From Candidatus Kapaibacterium sp. (GTDB lineage Bacteria > Bacteroidota > Ignavibacteria > Kapaibacteriales > UBA2268): 64,000 bases of DNA. The stretch spans positions 3,680,001 through 3,744,000 of the forward strand of contig OY762428.1 in the NCBI GenBank assembly GCA_963665665.1. Direction: 5' to 3'. Position 1 is the first letter of the stretch. Every line of letters starts with the position of its first letter. The notes under the pieces are model-generated. The model saw only the letters and a list, made by a program, of their open reading frames with translations. It was not told where the DNA came from and did not search any database. Of the stretch, positions 9,956-18,544 are shown piece by piece. Both the position numbers and the translations under genes were made by a program.

Positions 9956-10918
9956 ATGAAACTCCCGCAATTTTCAGACATTATCTCTGCATCAGAAGTT
10001 TTAAAAGGTTTTGCTCACAGGACACCTGTACTTACTTCAAGAATGATTGATGATATATTTTCCTGCAATCTTTATTTCAAATGTGAAAATTTTCAACGCG
10101 CCGGAGCGTTTAAATTTCGCGGGGCTTTTAATTCAGTATCGAATCTTGATGATCAATCTGCTGCGAAAGGAGTTGCCACTCATTCTTCCGGAAACTTTGC
10201 ACAGGCACTGGCACTTGCTGCCAAAATGAGAAACATACCTGCTTACATTGTAATGCCGGAAACTGCGCCCAAAGCAAAAGTTAATGCCGTTAAGGGCTAT
10301 GGCGCAAATATTACTTTCTGCAAGCCAACCCTTGAAGCAAGGGAATCAACCCTGGATAATGTAGTTGCTGAAACCGGGGCAGTCTTTCTTCATCCTTATG
10401 ATAATTTTCACGTAATAGCAGGCCAGGGAACCTCTGCGTTCGAACTTCTGACAGATTTCCCTGATATTGATACAATTATTGCCCCGGTCGGCGGGGGAGG
10501 GCTGATAAGCGGAACGGCAACGGCAGCCAAGGCAATGCGTCATGATATAAACGTTCTTGCAGGCGAACCCCAGGGAGCTGATGATGCTTACCGTTCATTT
10601 ACTACAGGAGAGTTTGTTGCTTCAGTTAATCCCAACACAATAGCCGACGGCCTTCTGACTTCCCTTGGGAAGCTGACATTCCCAATAATCCGTGAAAAAG
10701 TGGATTCTGTTATAACTGTACCGGACGAAATTACAATAGAAATTATGAAGCTGATATTCGAAAGAATGAAATTGGTTATCGAGCCTTCATCGGCAGTGGC
10801 AGTTGCGGCCATTTATTCTCAGAAGGAAGCCCTGAAAGACAGGAAAATCGGTATTATTATAAGTGGCGGCAACCTGGATCTTGATAATCTGCCCTGGCAG
10901 AATAATATTGTGAAATAA
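9956..10918 (+). CDS. PLP-dependent serine/threonine dehydratase or serine racemase family protein
   Basis: 'FKCENFQRAGAFKFRGA' (PLP lysine), 'HSSGNFAQA', 'PVGGGGLISG', 'IEPSSA', 'ISGGN'; no C-terminal ACT domain. Confidence 0.92.
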   Translation: MKLPQFSDIISASEVLKGFAHRTPVLTSRMIDDIFSCNLYFKCENFQRAGAFKFRGAFNSVSNLDDQSAAKGVATHSSGNFAQALALAAKMRNIPAYIVMPETAPKAKVNAVKGYGANITFCKPTLEARESTLDNVVAETGAVFLHPYDNFHVIAGQGTSAFELLTDFPDIDTIIAPVGGGGLISGTATAAKAMRHDINVLAGEPQGADDAYRSFTTGEFVASVNPNTIADGLLTSLGKLTFPIIREKVDSVITVPDEITIEIMKLIFERMKLVIEPSSAVAVAAIYSQKEALKDRKIGIIISGGNLDLDNLPWQNNIVK

Positions 10919-11130
10919 TTGCAATATTTATTACCATCCATGGAAATTTTTCTTAAATGAAAAAGTTTGATTTTAATATTCCAATAGCCTGATGTGTTAA
11001 TGCAAATAATTTATGCCTCAGCTCTGTATATAATATATTTGGAATAAATTATTGATATATATAATTTGCAGCAAAATGATTAATTGGTTAAAATTTTACT
11101 TAAATATTTTTTGAAAAAGGGGAATTTTTA

Positions 11131-12165
11131 ATGCTGCGCAATTCGTTAATTTTTATAATTTTGATATTATTTTTCTTTTCCTGCGGGGACGATAGCGGAA
11201 CCAATAATGGAAATTCAGATTCCTTATGGATATATTACAATTTTAGGCCTGATAACGACCAGCCATTTGTAATCGAGAGAATGGACCTTCAAACAGGCAA
11301 GAGATATGAAATTATTGATTCTGCCGAATTAGCATCTCTGCCTGTAAATAACAGACTGATATTTAAGAGATATGATGAGGAAGAAGATAGTCAGGGGCAT
11401 AAAACCGGAACCAATCAGCTATGGGTTTCTGCTGCCGATGGCAAAAACAGGCAATTGCTGATAGAAAAAGAATATGACCAAAATCAATTCGAAGCCTGGA
11501 TGTTGAATGACGGAAATACTGCTGTATTGCTTTCAAACAAAGAATTATCAGTTATTGGCATTGATGATGGAAGTGAAGAAAAGATAAGCAATACGCCTTC
11601 TTACCTGAATATTCATTACATGGCCATTGCTCCGGACGGATCAGGAGGAGCATTTTTCTCCAATAATTGTTTATATATAGTTGATCACGAGGCAAAAACA
11701 CTAAGGGAAATTGATATTCCGGATTGTAATCTGGATTCTTTTTTTTCATACGACCAGCAAGGTAAAAATATAATAGGCAAAATTAATGGCAATGAAACGA
11801 ATACTCTGGTAAAAATTAATTTGGAATCTGCTGATATTGATACAATTGGAACCGGAAAAAGTTTTAACAGGCCTTACTTACTTGCAAATGGCGAAATTAT
11901 TTTTAATGAATTAGAACCTAACGCACAGTATCGTAATTATTTTTATAATGTTTGGGTGATCAAACCCGGCAGTACCGTACCCCAAATATTAAGCCCGAAA
12001 GAAGGCAACGGCTACAGGCATATTTATCATAAAGAATTTGTTGGTAATGATGAAATCCTTCTCGGAAAAATCAGGCCTTATTCAGCTCACTACTATGATA
12101 AAATATACGCTTGCAATATCTACACGGGCGAATTAAGATTTCTTTGTGATGTAAATTTAATTTAA
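11131..12165 (+). CDS. Lipoprotein, TolB/DUF5050-like beta-propeller
   Basis: Lipobox 'LFFFSC'; 'LWVSAADGKNRQLL' and 'IAPDG' blade-like motifs. Confidence 0.7.
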   Translation: MLRNSLIFIILILFFFSCGDDSGTNNGNSDSLWIYYNFRPDNDQPFVIERMDLQTGKRYEIIDSAELASLPVNNRLIFKRYDEEEDSQGHKTGTNQLWVSAADGKNRQLLIEKEYDQNQFEAWMLNDGNTAVLLSNKELSVIGIDDGSEEKISNTPSYLNIHYMAIAPDGSGGAFFSNNCLYIVDHEAKTLREIDIPDCNLDSFFSYDQQGKNIIGKINGNETNTLVKINLESADIDTIGTGKSFNRPYLLANGEIIFNELEPNAQYRNYFYNVWVIKPGSTVPQILSPKEGNGYRHIYHKEFVGNDEILLGKIRPYSAHYYDKIYACNIYTGELRFLCDVNLI

Positions 12166-12190
12166 TAATACTAACACACCGGAGATTATT

Positions 12191-13231
12191 ATGCTACGCA
12201 AATTTTGTTTATTCACTGTTATAATATTATTTTTCATGTCATGCGGGGATGATGATAATGGAACTACTACGACTGGGGACACTCCCGAATGGTTTTACAT
12301 GACGAGAACAACCGATAGCGAAGAATGCACCAATCATTATATTGAAAGAATTAATATCAACAATGGGAATGTGGAACATGTAATCGACAGTGCCAGGATG
12401 TTTTCACGTCCCGGCGGCGGCAAACTTGCTTTTATAAGAACTTTAAGGCGGCTTACACAGGATAGCGGCCTGGTCGACGACAGGTATCTTTACATTTGTA
12501 ATGAGGATGGCAGTAATCCTGAACTACTATTGAATGAGAGCTTCGGGCAGATGACCTGCATTCCCCATATTTCGCCCGATGGCAAAAATATCTTAATGTC
12601 GGCAGGAAGTAATATTATGGATATTGATGTGGAAACAGGTGAAAAAAGGGAAATTATTAACGCCGGAGGATTTTTCAATTTGCATTTTGTTGCTTTCCGG
12701 GAAAATTCAAGCATCTGTGCCTTTGTTTTCAATAATGTTGTTGCTACCTATGATTTTGCCTTGAATTCACTCGAGGCACGTTTCCAAAGCGAAAATGATA
12801 TAAATGATGTTATTTGTTTCGATGAAACCGGCGATTATATTTTTGCAAATGTTAAAGCAGAAGATGATTACCTTTTGAAAATTGAAATTGCAACAGGCAA
12901 TGCCGATACTCTTGATAAGGGAAAAGACTATAAAAATTTATGCTGCAATAACGAAGGTATTGTGATATTTGCTGAAATGACAACACTTACAACAAATAAT
13001 TATATTTTTAATTTATGGAAAATGAATTCTGACGGCAGCAGTCCGGAAAAACTTATCCCGCTTGATGGGAACGGATATTATCACGCCCCTAATAAACCAT
13101 TTACAAATAATAACGAGCTTTTGGCAGGACGTGTTGTTCCAAATGGAAACGGCCGGTGCGATAATCTTGTGGGAATAAATATTTCAACTGGACACATCAG
13201 GCAAATCTGTAATGGATGCCTGAATGATTAG
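12191..13231 (+). CDS. Lipoprotein, TolB/DUF5050-like beta-propeller; paralog of the upstream gene
   Basis: Lipobox 'LFFMSC'; 'LYICNEDGSNPELL', 'ISPDGKNI', 'LWKMNSDGSSPEKL'; similar ends and length to 11131-12165. Confidence 0.7.
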   Translation: MLRKFCLFTVIILFFMSCGDDDNGTTTTGDTPEWFYMTRTTDSEECTNHYIERININNGNVEHVIDSARMFSRPGGGKLAFIRTLRRLTQDSGLVDDRYLYICNEDGSNPELLLNESFGQMTCIPHISPDGKNILMSAGSNIMDIDVETGEKREIINAGGFFNLHFVAFRENSSICAFVFNNVVATYDFALNSLEARFQSENDINDVICFDETGDYIFANVKAEDDYLLKIEIATGNADTLDKGKDYKNLCCNNEGIVIFAEMTTLTTNNYIFNLWKMNSDGSSPEKLIPLDGNGYYHAPNKPFTNNNELLAGRVVPNGNGRCDNLVGINISTGHIRQICNGCLND

Positions 13232-13258
13232 GTATTAATATAATAATTAGGAGAATCA

Positions 13259-13558
13259 ATGATAAAGCATGTTGTAATGTTCAGGATAAAAGAAGCCGAA
13301 GGGCTTAGCAAAGAAGAAAATATAATAAAAGCACAAAACTTACTGAAATCCCTGCCTTCGAAAATCGACCTTATCCGGGAGTACCAGGTGGGCATAAACG
13401 CAAAAGAATCGGAAAGAGCCGGAGATATTGTACTTATTTCAGCTTTTGATAATATGGAAAAACTTGCTGAATACAGTTCACACCCTGAGCATCAGGCTGT
13501 GGTTTCATTCCTGAAAAAAGTATGGTTCGACGTAATGGTTGTAGACTACGAGTATTGA
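13259..13558 (+). CDS. Dabb family stress-responsive A/B barrel protein
   Basis: 'MIKHVVMF', 'Y..HPEH', terminal 'VVDYE'; GGAG SD site. Confidence 0.9.
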   Translation: MIKHVVMFRIKEAEGLSKEENIIKAQNLLKSLPSKIDLIREYQVGINAKESERAGDIVLISAFDNMEKLAEYSSHPEHQAVVSFLKKVWFDVMVVDYEY

Positions 13559-13587
13559 TTATTATAAGGTTTGAACGATATACAAAT

Positions 13588-13650
13588 TAAAAAACCTTCC
13601 TTCCGCATTGGAAAAGAAGGTTAAGGGGGGGATGAAACTTTAGTTTTCAA
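13588..13650 (-). ncRNA. Candidate small RNA, putatively sigma54-dependent
   Basis: The minus strand has a promoter-like TTGGCACGAATTATGAT, a short hairpin, a C7 segment and a terminator with a U-tract; no ORF. Confidence 0.4.
13589..13622 (-). terminator. Rho-independent terminator oriented for a minus-strand transcript
   Basis: Minus strand reads AACCTTCTTTTCC-AATGC-GGAAGGAAGGTT-TTTT. Confidence 0.7.
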
Positions 13651-13660
13651 TAAATATTAC

Positions 13661-13677
13661 ATCATAATTCGTGCCAA
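13661..13677 (-). promoter_or_regulatory. Sigma54-like -24/-12 promoter
   Basis: Minus strand TTGGCACGAATTATGAT: perfect TGGCAC -24 element, with GG-N10-GA instead of GC at -12. Confidence 0.45.
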
Positions 13678-13694
13678 CATTTAATAAAAGCAAT

Positions 13695-13725
13695 AAAAAA
13701 AGCCGGGAATCATCCCGGCTTTTAT
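13695..13725 (-). terminator. Terminator of the DUF1573 gene
   Basis: A7-GCCGGGA-ATCA-TCCCGGC-TTTT. Confidence 0.85.
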
Positions 13726-13744
13726 TAATTCTTTTTACATACGA

Positions 13745-14458
13745 TCAATTATTATTAAAGATCGGAGATTCTTTTACTTTTCCAAATCCGTCAATTTTCA
13801 GTGTTCTATAATCATCATTGCTTGTTGACATTCTAACCCTGACATTAAAGTATCCTTTCTTCTCAGGTTTTGCTTTTACTTTAATATCAATTTTCTCACC
13901 GGGTGCAAGTGTTACCGGAGAAGCCAGGCTTATAGACACATTGTCCGGCTTAACTTCATAATCTGATAAAGTAACCTCTTCCTTGGAATTGTTCTTAACC
14001 CAGAATGATACTTCTTCACTTGTTCCTACCTGCATTTCATCAAAGGAAAAATAAGAATTTGGCCCGATTTCAATTTCCCTGACAACATTTGCTTTCAGCC
14101 AAAGAACTTTTCTCTTTTTCGTGGGATCGTTCGAACTGATATAAATCGTTTTGCTAACGGCACCAGAACGGCTGCCGATCCTTAGCGAAACATGCATAAC
14201 CGTAGATTCACCAGGCTTCAGTTCATTCTTGTCCAGCGGAGCTGTTGTACACCCGCAAGTAGGTTTTACATTAGTTATTTTCAGTGTTTCGTTACCGGTA
14301 TTTTTAAGAACAATATCAGCTTTCAGCGGAGAGTCGTTTGGCTTAACATCCTTCCAATTATATGTATCACCACCCTGAATTTCCAGTTTAGGCTGTGCAA
14401 GAGCAGCGGCTGCCGAGAAAACTCCAAAAGCCAGTAGAACAAATAAAATCCTCTTCAT
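13745..14458 (-). CDS. DUF1573 domain protein (secreted, two Ig-like domains)
   Basis: Signal peptide; 'KNTGNETLKITNVKPTCGCT...LKPGES' and 'SND' motifs. Confidence 0.9.
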   Translation of the reverse strand: MKRILFVLLAFGVFSAAAALAQPKLEIQGGDTYNWKDVKPNDSPLKADIVLKNTGNETLKITNVKPTCGCTTAPLDKNELKPGESTVMHVSLRIGSRSGAVSKTIYISSNDPTKKRKVLWLKANVVREIEIGPNSYFSFDEMQVGTSEEVSFWVKNNSKEEVTLSDYEVKPDNVSISLASPVTLAPGEKIDIKVKAKPEKKGYFNVRVRMSTSNDDYRTLKIDGFGKVKESPIFNNN

Positions 14459-14639
14459 AATTTATACTCCATAAAACAGAATACGACTATAGTAAATTTC
14501 TAACAGGTCAACTTACAAAAGTAAAAAAACTCTGCTTATCAAAAAAATACTCTTTATATAATAACACTACATAATTTAATATGTCACATCACAAATTATT
14601 ATTATTTTTAATACGAGATGAAAATGCAAAAGGATTCGT

Positions 14640-15710
14640 ATGAATAAAAAAATTAGTGATTTTCTCAGGAAGTTTGTTGTTTACGCAATATTTTGGGCTA
14701 TAGCCTATTCTTTTTTCATATCAATAAAACTAACAAGTATTGAATTTACCCTTGATGTATTGAACGAACCGGATTTCAGATGGACGAGCCTGTATTTTGG
14801 TTCTTTTATAGGTGCAGTTTTCCTGTCGTTCATGCTTACATTTTTCGATGAAATATTATTTCCCAAACGTCTTCAAAGAAGTTCGTTTTCGTTGAATATT
14901 GCAATAAAAACTTTCACGTATTTCATTATTATTAACCTCACAATTTATTTAGTCTTTTTCTATTTTTCATTTTTCAGGGAATTTGATTCAAAGACGGTTA
15001 GAATATTTTTCAAATCCGGCACATATATCGGGTTTTCAATTTTCGGGCTGGTTTGCATAGCTTTGCTGAATTTCTTTCGCCAAATGTTTGATTATATTGG
15101 CAAAAGAAAACTATTTCGGCTGATAAGCGGTTATTATCACAAGCCCAGGAAAGAAGAAAGAGTTTTTATGTTTTTGGATATTAAGTCCTCCACAACTCTT
15201 GCCGAATCGATGGGTGAGATTGAATACAGCAGAATGCTTACCGATTTCTTTCATGATATTTCCATGCCGATAAAAAAATTCGGTGGCAGTATTTATCAAT
15301 ATGTTGGCGACGAAGCTGTTATCACCTGGCTGAAAAATGACGGCATCAGTAATTCTGCATGTGTGGAATGCTTCTTTGCTATCGAGGATGTAATAATTGA
15401 ACGGTCGGATATTTATCTGGAAAAATTCGGAGTTGTGCCCGAATTCCGTGCAGGCATGCATGCCGGGCCAGTGGTTACTACGGAGGTAGGAACTTTGAAA
15501 AAAGATATTGTTCACCATGGCGATACCGTTAATACAGCTTCTCGGATACAGGAAGAGTGTTCGGCCAGAGGCCTGGAGCTTCTGATATCATCCAACCTGT
15601 TCGAGCTGCTAAACCTGCCATATTATTTCAGCCTGAAAATGCTTGGCGAAATCAGCCTGAAAGGACGAGAAGAACCAATAGAGCTGCTAAGTATAACGTA
15701 CACAGGATAG
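14640..15710 (+). CDS. Membrane-bound class III adenylate/guanylate cyclase
   Basis: About four N-terminal TM segments; 'FMFLDIKSSTTLAE', 'YQYVGDE', 'HGDTVNTASRIQ', 'LKGRE'. Confidence 0.92.
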   Translation: MNKKISDFLRKFVVYAIFWAIAYSFFISIKLTSIEFTLDVLNEPDFRWTSLYFGSFIGAVFLSFMLTFFDEILFPKRLQRSSFSLNIAIKTFTYFIIINLTIYLVFFYFSFFREFDSKTVRIFFKSGTYIGFSIFGLVCIALLNFFRQMFDYIGKRKLFRLISGYYHKPRKEERVFMFLDIKSSTTLAESMGEIEYSRMLTDFFHDISMPIKKFGGSIYQYVGDEAVITWLKNDGISNSACVECFFAIEDVIIERSDIYLEKFGVVPEFRAGMHAGPVVTTEVGTLKKDIVHHGDTVNTASRIQEECSARGLELLISSNLFELLNLPYYFSLKMLGEISLKGREEPIELLSITYTG

Positions 15711-15811
15711 AAAATCCCGGGACAGCAAAAAAGGAATTAATTTTTTCTGTCTCTACAAAAATTTGTAAATTCTTTTTGAATAAATTCGTGAAATATTTTC
15801 GAGATATTATT

Positions 15812-16942
15812 ATGGATATAAATGTTTACCCGATCAGCGGAAGCGCCGGAATCAAAAAATTTGTTAAATCACAGTTTAAGTTTTATAAAAACGACCCGAA
15901 TTTTGTTCCTAAAATGATTGCTGAAAGTACAAAGCAACTTAACAAAGAGAAGAATCCTTTCTTTGAGCATTCAGATATACAGCTTTATCTTGCCGAAAAA
16001 AATGGTGAAATTGCAGGCCGTATAGCTGCTATTAAAAACGGAAATCATAACAAAACACATAAAGACAAAGTTGGATTCTTTGGCTTTTTTGAATGTATTG
16101 ACGATCAGGACGTAGCCAACGCTTTGTTTACCGCTGCCGAGGACTGGCTGAAAAAACAGGGGTTTGATACCATCAGGGGCCCGATGAACCCCTCACTTAA
16201 TGATGAGTGTGCCCTTCTTATCGACGGTTTTGATTCGCCGCCGGTTGTAATGATGCCCTACAATCCTAAATATTACTTGAAACTTATCGAAGGAGCCGGG
16301 CTTGCCAAGGCCAAGGACCTGAATGCATACTTCCTTGATCAAAAAACTTTTAAAGACCCCAAAATTGACAGGCTGCAAAATATTATCAGAAAAAGGCATA
16401 ATATTGTTGTAAGGAATGTTAATTTTAAAAATAAAGAGCAGTATCATAAGGATGTTGATACTCTTAAGTATCTATACAATGAAGCATGGGAGCCGAATTG
16501 GGGGTTTGTAAAAATGACAGAACATGAATTCGACCATCTCGCCGCAGACCTCAAAAAAGTTGCCGAACCCAGCTTTACAATGATAGTTGAAGTAGACGGA
16601 GAACCGGCTGGTTTTGCTCTTGGACTTCCGGATATTAACCAGTGCCTTATACATAATAAAAAAGGCGGTACTCTCGGTGGTATTTATCATTTACTGACAA
16701 AGTACAATAAAATTGATTCTTTAAGAATAATTGTTCTGGGTATAATACCAAAATATCAAAAATCAGGCGCTGACGCCGTTCTATATTGGGAGTTTGGCGA
16801 AAGAGCCCCTAAACTTGGTATTGAAAACGCAGAGGCTTCATGGGTGTTGGAGGACAACCTGATGATGAACAGAGGTCTTACCATTACTATGAAGGGCAAA
16901 CTTTACAAAAGATACAGGATTTATGAAAAAGCGATCGATTAA
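15812..16942 (+). CDS. GNAT-fold acyltransferase, YghO / bacterial ceramide-synthase-like family
   Basis: 'GRIAAIKN..HN', 'GFFGFFECIDD', 'IRGPMNPSLNDECALLIDGFDSPP..MMPYNP.YY', 'EASWVLEDN'. Start placed at ATG 15812 because the longer ORF overlaps the cyclase gene. Confidence 0.8.
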   Translation: MDINVYPISGSAGIKKFVKSQFKFYKNDPNFVPKMIAESTKQLNKEKNPFFEHSDIQLYLAEKNGEIAGRIAAIKNGNHNKTHKDKVGFFGFFECIDDQDVANALFTAAEDWLKKQGFDTIRGPMNPSLNDECALLIDGFDSPPVVMMPYNPKYYLKLIEGAGLAKAKDLNAYFLDQKTFKDPKIDRLQNIIRKRHNIVVRNVNFKNKEQYHKDVDTLKYLYNEAWEPNWGFVKMTEHEFDHLAADLKKVAEPSFTMIVEVDGEPAGFALGLPDINQCLIHNKKGGTLGGIYHLLTKYNKIDSLRIIVLGIIPKYQKSGADAVLYWEFGERAPKLGIENAEASWVLEDNLMMNRGLTITMKGKLYKRYRIYEKAID

Positions 16943-16968
16943 ATAATCCGGGCCGAATATTTGATTTT

Positions 16969-16998
16969 TGCCGGTTTTTATAACCGGCATTTTTTTTA
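16969..16998 (+). terminator. Rho-independent terminator
   Basis: TGCCGGTT-TTTAT-AACCGGCA followed by a T-tract. Confidence 0.75.
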
Positions 16999-17024
16999 GT
17001 GATCTTTGCTGAAATTGATAATAG

Positions 17025-17318
17025 TTAGAGTTCAATTTTCAGATTGAAATCATTTTCTTTTTTACCGGTATTTTTTTCTTTATCGATATATTCCCTGATA
17101 ACCGGTTTTACATATATATCATCGATATTTTCATTAATAAGGCAGCGTGCCAGAACTGAAGACTGCATTTCAAGGGGCGTGGTTCGATTGAAAAGAACTA
17201 CACGTTTCTCATTCAGAATGCAGTAACCACTTCTGAATCGTCCCTGATCCCTGCGTACGGTAATACCTTTTTGCCTGGCTACTTCTTTCAGTTCGTCAAA
17301 TATTTCGTGGATCTTCAT
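17025..17318 (-). CDS. Small hypothetical protein
   Basis: 97-aa ORF downstream of and co-oriented with the membrane protein; 'GITVRRDQGRFRSGYCIL'. Confidence 0.7.
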   Translation of the reverse strand: MKIHEIFDELKEVARQKGITVRRDQGRFRSGYCILNEKRVVLFNRTTPLEMQSSVLARCLINENIDDIYVKPVIREYIDKEKNTGKKENDFNLKIEL

Positions 17319-17341
17319 AGTTGAATACCTTTATTTAAATA

Positions 17342-17878
17342 TCAGTTATTCTGATTATTCAGAGGCCTCCAGATTACAAATACTATGGCAGTAAGCCCGG
17401 AAAGGAATGAAAGCCCGGAGGGAACAGTTATCAACGGGTTCGTAAGACGCCCGATGAAATGATCCTGAATAGCCGGGTGGTTTATGTCTCTGACATTATC
17501 CCAAAACACTGACAGGCCAAGCTGTATGTCATGATAAATCAGCACAGTTTCTGCCGGCACACACAGTATGAATAGGATTATGGCCATAAACATCCAGCCT
17601 TTGCTTCTTAATTGCTTTCTTTTCAAAATAAATAATATAATTACGCAAAGCGCGGCAATGGCAAACCCGATATCGGAATAAACTGAGAGCATGGAAAATA
17701 TATAAACAGATTGCATAGCAATGTTAGTCGAATACGCGCTGTTCAGAACTATTTCCTCGCCAGGTTTCACCAGGTCGAAAGCAATAAATGAACGTGCCAG
17801 GGAAATACCCATCCATAGTATATACCCGATTGCCATCAGGCTTAATATCAATTTATCCGTTTTTGTCTTTTGCTGCAT
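17342..17878 (-). CDS. Hypothetical integral membrane protein (about 4 TM)
   Basis: Four hydrophobic segments; AAAGG upstream of the ATG. Confidence 0.75.
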   Translation of the reverse strand: MQQKTKTDKLILSLMAIGYILWMGISLARSFIAFDLVKPGEEIVLNSAYSTNIAMQSVYIFSMLSVYSDIGFAIAALCVIILFILKRKQLRSKGWMFMAIILFILCVPAETVLIYHDIQLGLSVFWDNVRDINHPAIQDHFIGRLTNPLITVPSGLSFLSGLTAIVFVIWRPLNNQNN

Positions 17879-17978
17879 GCCTTTAACCGTATTATTACAT
17901 CAGTACAAAAATAATAATTACAACGCTAAAGTTATCCACAAAATTTTGGGAATGATATTAAAAATTTTTACTGAAAGG

Positions 17979-18410
17979 TTATTTTTCAGGAATAACTTCC
18001 AGGCTTACACGGGCAGTACCGTTTTTGATCATATCCAGTTTCCTGGCAGCAGCCTCGGAAACATCGAGAATCCTTCCGGGTTTGAAGGGGCCTCTGTCAT
18101 TGATCTTAACAATTACTGATTTCCCGTTATCCAGGTTTGTTACTTTTAACCTTGTTCCGAATTCAAGTGTTTTGTGAGCCGCCGTCATCGCGTTTTTATT
18201 AAATATTTCTCCGCTGGAAGTGCGCCTGCCGTGGTATTTGTCGGCATAATACGAAGCCCTTCCTGCCATTGCCTGCTCGGGATTATCATCAAAAAAACTT
18301 ATGCCGTCGAACTTACCTTTAAGTCCGGAAACATCAATATCCTCTTTGCTTACCGAGGCAAAAACAATTGAAACTGCCAGAAAGAAAAGTATATATTTGA
18401 ATAATTTCAT
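17979..18410 (-). CDS. rlpA: RlpA-family septal ring lytic transglycosylase (DPBB domain only)
   Basis: 'GRASYYADKYHGRRTSSGE', 'TAAHKTL', 'VKINDRGPF..GRILDVS'. Confidence 0.93.
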   Translation of the reverse strand: MKLFKYILFFLAVSIVFASVSKEDIDVSGLKGKFDGISFFDDNPEQAMAGRASYYADKYHGRRTSSGEIFNKNAMTAAHKTLEFGTRLKVTNLDNGKSVIVKINDRGPFKPGRILDVSEAAARKLDMIKNGTARVSLEVIPEK

Positions 18411-18450
18411 TACTTAATCAATTGATAATTTTACATATACTATCTGTATA

Positions 18451-18467
18451 AGCAGATTTGATGCCAA
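18451..18467 (-). promoter_or_regulatory. Sigma54-like promoter upstream of rlpA
   Basis: Minus strand TTGGCATCAAATCTGCT gives exact GG-N10-GC spacing, about 40 nt before the ATG. Confidence 0.55.
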
Positions 18468-18544
18468 ATTTACTTTCTTGTATTAATAGCAAAATCTTTC
18501 CCTGATTTTTCAGGGAAAGATCTTTATAATATTATCCAAATAAA

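Noticed and set aside
15557-15811. 85-aa N-terminal extension of the GNAT ORF
   Set aside because: It overlaps the cyclase 3' end and reads like non-coding sequence; ATG 15812 is the better start.
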